A stretch of DNA of 64,000 nucleotides from Auanema rhodensis (lineage: Eukaryota; Animalia; Nematoda), in NCBI GenBank assembly GCA_964057225.1, contig OZ059896.1:1674001-1738000 (forward strand), given 5' to 3'. Shown here piece after piece: positions 1-9,700 of the stretch. Numbering within the stretch: the first letter of the stretch is position 1; each line of letters starts with the position of its first letter. Position numbers and translations under genes: made by a program. The notes below the pieces were generated by a model that made no database searches, had not been told where the DNA came from, and was given only the letters and a program-made list of their open reading frames with translations.

Positions 1-351
1 TCGATTTTCACCCTGAAGAATTAATTTTTTCGTTGAATAACATTGTCTATCGTTTTTGCCTTGAAAAAAGGAATCTAAAAACATCTACTTTTTGCTAAAT
101 TATTTTCAAATTTTTCGAAAAAATTTTTGTCAAAATGTTTTTGGAAGCAATTATGAGTGTACATGGAAACTCAACATACACTAATGCATCATTTTTCAAA
201 CGATCATAACTAATTTTTGTATTAAGCGTTTCTCAATGTAGTATAGTGCATTCGATGCGGATTTTTAAGCTGCGTCGATCTGTACTATCAGATTTGCGCT
301 AGCTTGAAAATGCACCGAGATATCAACTGATATAAGTTCACACCTATATCC
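1..351 (+). repeat. Representative monomer (A haplotype)
   Basis: Hand count is 109/351 G+C with 12 CpG. It has many A/T tracts of 4-6 nt and carries BstBI (TTCGAA), BsrGI (TGTACA), NsiI (ATGCAT), NheI (GCTAGC) and EcoRV (GATATC) sites. Confidence 0.98.
111..122. other. Invariant 12-bp palindrome TTTTTCGAAAAA in every monomer
   Basis: Read directly. It is flanked by AAA and ATTT, which gives a longer imperfect dyad. Confidence 0.9.
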
Positions 352-679
352 TCGATTTTCACCCTGAAGAATTAATTTTTTCGTTGAATAACATTGTCTA
401 TCGTTTTTGCCTTGAAAAAAGGAATCTAAAAACATCTACTTTTTGCTAAATTATTTTGAAATTTTTCGAAAAAATTTTTGTCAAAATGTTTTTGGAAGCA
501 ATTTTGAGTGTACATGGAAACTCAACATACACTAATGCATCATTTTTCAAACGATCATAACTAATTTTTGTATTAAGCGTTTCTCAATGTAGTATAGTGC
601 ATTCGATGCGGATTTTTAAGCTGCGTCGATCTGTACTATCAGATTTGCGCTAGCTTGAAAATGCACCGAGATATCAACT

Positions 680-701
680 GATATAAGTTCACACTTATAT
701 C
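680..701. other. Perfect 9-bp stem / 4-nt loop inverted repeat (offsets 329-350) in most monomers
   Basis: GATATAAGT-TCAC-ACTTATATC. The stem is broken in copies with C or A at offset 344. Confidence 0.9.
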
Positions 702-2006
702 CTCGATTTTCACCCTGAAGAATTAATTTTTTCGTTGAATAACATTGTCCATCGTTTTTGCCTTGAAAAAAGGAATCTAAAAACATCTACTTTTTGCTAA
801 ATTATTTTCAAATTTTTCGAAAAAATTTTTGTCAAAATGTTTTTGGAAGCAATTTTGAGTGTACATGGAAACTCAACATACACTAATGCATCATTTTTCA
901 AACGATCATAACTAATTTTTGTATTAAGCGTTTCTCAATGTAGTATAGTGCATTCGATGCGGATTTTTAAGCTGCGTCGATCTGTACTATCAGATTTGCG
1001 CTAGCTTGAAAATGCACCGAGATATCAACTGATATAAGTTCACACTTATATCCTCGATTTTCACCCTGAAGAATTAATTTTTTCGTTGAATAACATTGTC
1101 CATCGTTTTTGCCTTGAAAAAAGGAATCTAAAAACATCTACTTTTTGCTAAATTATTTTCAAATTTTTCGAAAAAATTTTTGTCAAAATGTTTTTGGAAG
1201 CAATTTTGAGTGTACATGGAAACTCAACATACACTAATGCATCATTTTTCAAACGATCATAACTAATTTTTGTATTAAGCTTTTCTCAATGAAGTTTAGT
1301 GCATTCGATGCGGATTTTTAAGCTGCGTAGATCTGTGTTATCAGATTTGCGCTAGCTTAAAAATGCACCGAGATATCAACTGATATAAGTTCACACTTAT
1401 ATCCTCGATTTTCACCCTGAAGAATTAATTTTTTCGTTGAATAACATTGTCCATCGTTTTTGCCTTGAAAAAAGGAATCTAAAAACATCTACTTTTTGCT
1501 AAATTATTTTGAAATTTTTCGAAAAAATTTTTGTCAAAATGTTTTTGGAAGCAATTTTGAGTGTACATGGAAACTCAACATACACTAATGCATCATTTTT
1601 CAAACGATCATAACTAATTTTTGTATTGAGCGTTTCTCAATGTAGTATAGTGCATTCGATGCGGATTTTTAAGCTGCGTCGATCTGTACTATCAGATTTG
1701 CGCTAGCTTGAAAATGCACCGAGATATCAACTGATATAAGTTCACACTTATATCGTCGATTTTCACCCTGAAGAATTAATTTTTTCGTTGAATAACATTG
1801 TCCATCGTTTTTGCTTTGAAAAAAGGAATCTAAAAACATCTACTTTTTGCTAAATTATTTTCAAATTTTTCGAAAAAATTTTTGTCAAAATGTTTTTGGA
1901 AGCAATTTTGAGTGTACATGGAAACTCAACATACACTAATGCATCATTCTTCAAACGATCATAACTAATTTTTGTATTAAGCTTTTCTCAATGAAGTTTA
2001 GTGCAT

Positions 2007-2073
2007 TCGATGCGGATTTTTAAGCTGCGTAGATCTGTGTTATCAGATTTGCGCTAGCTTAAAAATGCATCGA
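2007..2073 (+). other. 67-nt imperfect inverted repeat present in every monomer (offsets 252-318); best-paired allele shown
   Basis: TCGATGC-GG-ATTTTTAAGCT-GCG-TAGATCTG-[TGTTAT]-CAGATTTG-CGC-T-AGCTTAAAAAT-GCATCGA gives 27 Watson-Crick pairs plus 2 G.T pairs. Confidence 0.92.
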
Positions 2074-5000
2074 GATATCAACTGATATAAGTTCACACTT
2101 ATATCCTCGATTTTCACCCTGAAGAATTAATTTTTTAGTTGAATAACATTGTCTATCGTTTTTGCTTTGAAAAAAGGAATCTAAAAACATCTACTTTTTG
2201 CTAAATTATTTTGAAATTTTTCGAAAAAATTTTTGTCAAAATGTTTTTGGAAGCAATTTTGAGTGTACATGGAAACTCAACATACACTAATGCATCATTT
2301 TTCAAACGATCATAACTAATTTTTGTATTAAGCGTTTCTCAATGTAGTATAGTGCATTCGATGCGGATTTTTAAGCTGCGTCGATCTGTACTATCAGATT
2401 TGCGCTAGCTTGAAAATGCACCGAGATATCAACTGATATAAGTTCACACTTATATCCTCGATTTTCACCCTGAAAAATTAATTTTTTCGTTGAATAACAT
2501 TGTCCATCGTTTTTGCCTTGAAAAAAGGAATCTAAAAACATCTACTTTTTGCTAAATTATTTTCAAATTTTTCGAAAAAATTTTTGTCAAAATGTTTTTG
2601 GAAGCAATTTTGAGTGTACATGGAAACTCAACATACACTAATGCATCATTTTTCAAACGATCATAACTAATTTTTGTATTAAGCGTTTCTCAATGTAGTA
2701 TAGTGCATTCGATGCGGATTTTTAAGCTGCGTCGATCTGTACTATCAGATTTGCGCTAGCTTGAAAATGCACCGAGATATCAACTGATATAAGTTCACAC
2801 TTATATCCTCGATTTTCACCCTGAAGAATTAATTTTTTCGTTGAATAACATTGTCCATCGTTTTTGCCTTGAAAAAAGGAATCTAAAAACATCTACTTTT
2901 TGCTAAATTATTTTCAAATTTTTCGAAAAAATTTTTGTCAAAATGTTTTTGGAAGCAATTTTGAGTGTACATGGAAACTCAACATACACTAATGCATCAT
3001 TTTTCAAACGATCATAACTAATTTTTGTATTAAGCTTTTCTCAATGAAGTTTAGTGCATTCGATGCGGATTTTTAAGCTGCGTAGATATGTGTTATCAGA
3101 TTTGCGCTAGCTTAAAAATGCACCGAGATATCAACTGATATAAGTTCACACTTATATCCTCGATTTTCACCCTGAAGAATTAATTTTTTCGTTGAATAAC
3201 ATTGTCCATCGTTTTTGCCTTGAAAAAAGGAATCTAAAAACATCTACTTTTTGCTAAATTATTTTCAAATTTTTCGAAAAAATTTTTGTCAAAATGTTTT
3301 TGGAAGCAATTTTGAGTGTACATGGAAACTCAACATACACTAATGCATCATTTTTCAAACGATCATAACTAATTTTTGTATTGAGCGTTTCTCAATGTAG
3401 TATAGTGCATTCGATGCGGATTTTTAAGCTGCGTCGATCTGTACTATCAGATTTGCGCTAGCTTGAAAATGCACCGAGATATCAACTGATATAAGTTCAC
3501 ACCTATATCCTCGATTTTCACCCTGAAGAATTAATTTTTTCGTTGAATAACATTGTCTATCGTGTTTGCCTTGAAAAAAGGAATCTAAAAACATCTACTT
3601 TTTGCTAAATTATTTTGAAATTTTTCGAAAAAATTTTTGTCAAAATGTTTTTGGAAGCAATTTTGAGTGTACATGGAAACTCAACATACACTAATGCATC
3701 ATTTTTCAAACGATCATAACTAATTTTTGTATTGAGCGTTTCTCAATGTAGTATAGTGCATTCGATGCGGATTTTTAAGCTGCGTCGATCTGTACTATCA
3801 GATTTGCGCTAGCTTGAAAATGCACCGAGATATCAACTGATATAAGTTCACACTTATATCGTCGATTTTCACCCTGAAGAATTAATTTTTTCGTTGAATA
3901 ACATTGTCCATCGTTTTTGCTTTGAAAAAAGGAATCTAAAAACATCTACTTTTTGCTAAATTATTTTCAAATTTTTCGAAAAAATTTTTGTCAAAATGTT
4001 TTTGGAAGCAATTTTGAGTGTACATGGAAACTCAACATACACTAATGCATCATTCTTCAAACGATCATAACTAATTTTTGTATTAAGCTTTTCTCAATGA
4101 AGTTTAGTGCATTCGATGCGGATTTTTAAGCTGCGTAGATCTGTGTTATCAGATTTGCGCTAGCTTAAAAATGCATCGAAATATCAACTGATATAAGTTC
4201 ACACTTATATCCTCGATTTTCACCCTGAAGAATTAATTTTTTAGTTAAATAACATTGTCTATCGTTTTTGCTTTGAAAAAAGGAATCTAAAAACATCTAC
4301 TTTTTGCTAAATTATTATGAAATTTTTCGAAAAAATTTTTGTCAAAATGTTTTTGGAAGCAATTTTGAGTGTACATGGAAACTCAACATACACTAATGCA
4401 TCATTTTTCAAACGATCATAACTAATTTTTGTATTAAGCTTTTCTCAATGAAGTTTAGTGCATTCGATGCGGATTTTTAAGCTGCGTAGATCTGTGTTAT
4501 CAGATTTGCGATAGCTTAAAAATGCACCGAGATATCAACTGATATAAGTTCACACTTATATCCTCGATTTTCACCCTGAAGAATTAATTTTTTCGTTGAA
4601 TAACATTGTCTATCGTTTTTGCCTTGAAAAAAGGAATCTAAAAACATCTACTTTTTGCTAAATTATTTTCAAATTTTTCGAAAAAATTTTTGTCAAAATG
4701 TTTTTGGAAGCAATTTTGAGTGTACATGGAAACTCAACATACACTAATGCATCATTTTTCAAACGATCATAACTAATTTTTTTATTAAGCTTTTCTCAAT
4801 GAAGTTTAGTGCATTCGATGCGGATTTTTAAGCTGCGTAGATCTGTGTTATCAGATTTGCGATAGCTTAAAAATGCACCGAGATATCAACTGATATAAGT
4901 TCACACTTATATCCTCGATTTTCACCCTGAAGAATTAATTTTTTCGTTGAATAACATTGTCTATCGTTTTTGCCTTGAAAAAAGGAATCTAAAAACATCT

Positions 5001-6729
5001 ACTTTTTGCTAAATTATTTTCAAATTTTTCGAAAAAATTTTTGTCAAAATGTTTTTGGAAGCAATTTTGAGTGTACATGGAAACTCAACATACACTAATG
5101 CATCATTTTTCAAACGATCATAACTAATTTTTGTATTAAGCGTTTCTCAATGTAGTATAGTGCATTCGATGCGGATTTTTAAGCTGCGTCGATCTGTACT
5201 ATCAGATTTGCGCTAGCTTGAAAATGCACCGAGATATCAACTGATATAAGTTCACACTTATATCGTCGATTTTCACCCTGAAGAATTAATTTTTTCGTTG
5301 AATAACATTGTCCATCGTTTTTGCTTTGAAAAAAGGAATCTAAAAACATCTACTTTTTGCTAAATTATTTTCAAATTTTTCGAAAAAATTTTTGTCAAAA
5401 TGTTTTTGGAAGCAATTTTGAGTGTACATGGAAACTCAACATACACTAATGCATCATTCTTCAAACGATCATAACTAATTTTTGTATTAAGCTTTTCTCA
5501 ATGAAGTTTAGTGCATTCGATGCGGATTTTTAAGCTGCGTAGATCTGTGTTATCAGATTTGCGCTAGCTTAAAAATGCATCGAGATATCAACTGATATAA
5601 GTTCACACTTATATCCTCGATTTTCACCCTGAAGAATTAATTTTTTAGTTGAATAACATTGTCTATCGTTTTTGCTTTGAAAAACGGAATCTAAAAACAT
5701 CTACTTTTTGCTAAATTATTTTGAAATTTTTCGAAAAAATTTTTGTCAAAATGTTTTTGGAAGCAATTTTGAGTGTACATGGAAACTCAACATACACTAA
5801 TGCATCATTTTTCAAACGATCATAACTAATTTTTGTATTAAGCGTTTCTCAATGTAGTATAGTGCATTCGATGCTGATTTTTAAGCTGCGTCGATCTGTA
5901 CTATCAGATTTGCGCTAGCTTGAAAATGCACCGAGATATCAACTGATATAAGTTCACACTTATATCCTCGATTTTCACCCTGAAGAATTAATTTTTTCGT
6001 TGAATAACATTGTCCATCGTTTTTGCCTTGAAAAAAGGAATCTAAAAACATCTACTTTTTGCTAAATTATTTTCAAATTTTTCGAAAAAATTTTTGTCAA
6101 AATGTTTTTGGAAGCAATTTTGAGTGTACATGGAAACTCAACATACACTAATGCATCATTTTTCAAACGATCATAACTAATTTTTGTATTAAGCGTTTCT
6201 CAATGTAGTATAGTGCATTCGATGCGGATTTTTAAGCTGCGTCGATCTGTACTATCAGATTTGCGCTAGCTTGAAAATGCACCGAGATATCAACTGATAT
6301 AAGTTCACACTTATATCCTCGATTTTCACCCTGAAGAATTAATTTTTTCGTTGAATAACATTGTCCATCGTTTTTGCCTTGAAAAAAGGAATCTAAAAAC
6401 ATCTACTTTTTGCTAAATTATTTTCAAATTTTTCGAAAAAATTTTTGTCAAAATGTTTTTGGAAGCAATTTTGAGTGTACATGGAAACTCAACATACACT
6501 AATGCATCATTTTTCAAACGATCATAACTAATTTTTGTATTAAGCTTTTCTCAATGAAGTTTAGTGCATTCGATGCGGATTTTTAAGCTGCGTAGATCTG
6601 TGTTATCAGATTTGCGATAGCTTAAAAATGCACCGAGATATCAACTGATATAAGTTCACACTTATATCCTCGATTTTCACCCTGAAGAATTAATTTTTTC
6701 GTTGAATAACATTGTCTATCGTTTTTGCC

Positions 6730-9700
6730 TTGAAAAAAGGAATCTAAAAACATCTACTTTTTGCTAAATTATTTTCAAATTTTTCGAAAAAATTTTTGTC
6801 AAAATGTTTTTGGAAGCAATTTTGAGTGTACATGGAAACTCAACATACACTAATGCATCATTTTTCAAACGATCATAACTAATTTTTGTATTAAGCGTTT
6901 CTCAATGTAGTATAGTGCATTCGATGCGGATTTTTAAGCTGCGTCGATCTGTACTATCAGATTTGCGCTAGCTTGAAAATGCACCGAGATATCAACTGAT
7001 ATAAGTTCACACTTATATCGTCGATTTTCACCCTGAAGAATTAATTTTTTCGTTGAATAACATTGTCCATCGTTTTTGCTTTGAAAAAAGGAATCTAAAA
7101 ACATCTACTTTTTGCTAAATTATTTTCAAATTTTTCGAAAAAATTTTTGTCAAAATGTTTTTGGAAGCAATTTTGAGTGTACATGGAAACTCAACATACA
7201 CTAATGCATCATTCTTCAAACGATCATAACTAATTTTTGTATTAAGCTTTTCTCAATGAAGTTTAGTGCATTCGATGCGGATTTTTAAGCTGCGTAGATC
7301 TGTGTTATCAGATTTGCGCTAGCTTAAAAATGCATCGAGATATCAACTGATATAAGTTCACACTTATATCCTCGATTTTCACCCTGAAGAATTAATTTTT
7401 TAGTTGAATAACATTGTCTATCGTTTTTGCTTTGAAAAACGGAATCTAAAAACATCTACTTTTTGCTAAATTATTTTGAAATTTTTCGAAAAAATTTTTG
7501 TCAAAATGTTTTTGGAAGCAATTTTGAGTGTACATGGAAACTCAACATACACTAATGCATCATTTTTCAAACGATCATAACTAATTTTTGTATTAAGCGT
7601 TTCTCAATGTAGTATAGTGCATTCGATGCGGATTTTTAAGCTGCGTCGATCTGTACTATCAGATTTGCGCTAGCTTGAAAATGCACCGAGATATCAACTG
7701 ATATAAGTTCACACTTATATCCTCGATTTTCACCCTGAAGAATTAATTTTTTCGTTGAATAACATTGTCCATCGTTTTTGCCTTGAAAAAAGGAATCTAA
7801 AAACATCTACTTTTTGCTAAATTATTTTCAAATTTTTCGAAAAAATTTTTGTCAAAATGTTTTTGGAAGCAATTTTGAGTGTACATGGAAACTCAACATA
7901 CACTAATGCATCATTTTTCAAACGATCATAACTAATTTTTGTATTAAGCGTTTCTCAATGTAGTATAGTGCATTCGATGCGGATTTTTAAGCTGCGTCGA
8001 TCTGTACTATCAGATTTGCGCTAGCTTGAAAATGCACCGAGATATCAACTGATATAAGTTCACACTTATATCCTCGATTTTCACCCTGAAGAATTAATTT
8101 TTTCGTTGAATAACATTGTCCATCGTTTTTGCCTTGAAAAAAGGAATCTAAAAACATCTACTTTTTGCTAAATTATTTTCAAATTTTTCGAAAAAATTTT
8201 TGTCAAAATGTTTTTGGAAGCAATTTTGAGTGTACATGGAAACTCAACATACACTAATGCATCATTTTTCAAACGATCATAACTAATTTTTGTATTAAGC
8301 TTTTCTCAATGAAGTTTAGTGCATTCGATGCGGATTTTTAAGCTGCGTAGATCTGTGTTATCAGATTTGCGATAGCTTAAAAATGCACCGAGATATCAAC
8401 TGATATAAGTTCACACTTATATCCTCGATTTTCACCCTGAAGAATTAATTTTTTCGTTGAATAACATTGTCTATCGTTTTTGCCTTGAAAAAAGGAATCT
8501 AAAAACATCTACTTTTTGCTAAATTATTTTCAAATTTTTCGAAAAAATTTTTGTCAAAATGTTTTTGGAAGCAATTTTGAGTGTACATGGAAACTCAACA
8601 TACACTAATGCATCATTTTTCAAACGATCATAACTAATTTTTGTATTAAGCGTTTCTCAATGTAGTATAGTGCATTCGATGCGGATTTTTAAGCTGCGTC
8701 GATCTGTACTATCAGATTTGCGCTAGCTTGAAAATGCACCGAGATATCAACTGATATAAGTTCACACTTATATCGTCGATTTTCACCCTGAAGAATTAAT
8801 TTTTTCGTTGAATAACATTGTCCATCGTTTTTGCTTTGAAAAAAGGAATCTAAAAACATCTACTTTTTGCTAAATTATTTTCAAATTTTTCGAAAAAATT
8901 TTTGTCAAAATGTTTTTGGAAGCAATTTTGAGTGTACATGGAAACTCAACATACACTAATGCATCATTTTTCAAACGATCATAACTAATTTTTGTATTAA
9001 GCTTTTCTCAATGAAGTTTAGTGCATTCGATGCGGATTTTTAAGCTGCGTAGATCTGTGTTATCAGATTTGCGCTAGCTTAAAAATGCACCGAGATATCA
9101 ACTGATATAAGTTCACACTTATATCCTCGATTTTCACCCTGAAGAATTAATTTTTTCGTTGAATAACATTGTCCATCGTTTTTGCCTTGAAAAAAGGAAT
9201 CTAAAAACATCTACTTTTTGCTAAATTATTTTCAAATTTTTCGAAAAAATTTTTGTCAAAATGTTTTTGGAAGCAATTTTGAGTGTACATGGAAACTCAA
9301 CATACACTAATGCATCATTTTTCAAACGATCATAACTAATTTTTGTATTGAGCGTTTCTCAATGTAGTATAGTGCATTCGATGCGGATTTTTAAGCTGCG
9401 TCGATCTGTACTATCAGATTTGCGCTAGCTTGAAAATGCACCGAGATATCAACTGATATAAGTTCACACCTATATCCTCGATTTTCACCCTGAAGAATTA
9501 ATTTTTTCGTTGAATAACATTGTCTATCGTGTTTGCCTTGAAAAAAGGAATCTAAAAACATCTACTTTTTGCTAAATTATTTTGAAATTTTTCGAAAAAA
9601 TTTTTGTCAAAATGTTTTTGGAAGCAATTTTGAGTGTACATGGAAACTCAACATACACTAATGCATCATTTTTCAAACGATCATAACTAATTTTTGTATT

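Noticed and set aside
13-70. Hammerhead ribozyme / retrozyme (CTGAAGA matches CUGANGA, and the monomer size is similar to metazoan retrozymes)
   Set aside because: No stem II follows. The next candidate core reads GAAT, and the nearest GAAA (63-66) has no pairing helix II or III. There is no CUGANGA on the minus strand. An Infernal search with Rfam hammerhead models would settle it.
250-266. CENP-B box
   Set aside because: TTCG is present, but the required A and CGGG positions of NTTCGNNNNANNCGGGN are not matched.
202-327. GATCATAACT / AGATATCAAC as degenerate terminal inverted repeats of a MITE flanking the hairpin
   Set aside because: Only 7/10 positions are complementary, the match does not extend, and there is no target-site duplication. 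Too weak to call.
1-351. Repetitive protein-coding ORF (351 = 117 codons, so frames would run through monomers)
   Set aside because: All six frames hit stops in each monomer. On the + strand: TAA at 22, TGA at 14, TAA at 96. On the - strand: TCA at 8, CTA at 75, TTA at 100. The 1-bp deletions also break frame.
1-351. 5S rRNA, tRNA, snRNA or spliced-leader tandem gene unit
   Set aside because: I recognise no conserved RNA gene sequence, cloverleaf or Pol III A/B/C boxes.
1-351. Identity with a named satellite such as Drosophila 1.688/359-bp or beetle ~350-bp satellites
   Set aside because: Only length and AT content are similar. I cannot recognise real sequence identity without a database search.
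1-351. Internal ~175-bp dimer structure of the monomer
   Set aside because: The two halves do not align by eye beyond short low-complexity words such as AATTTTTGT (122 and 212).
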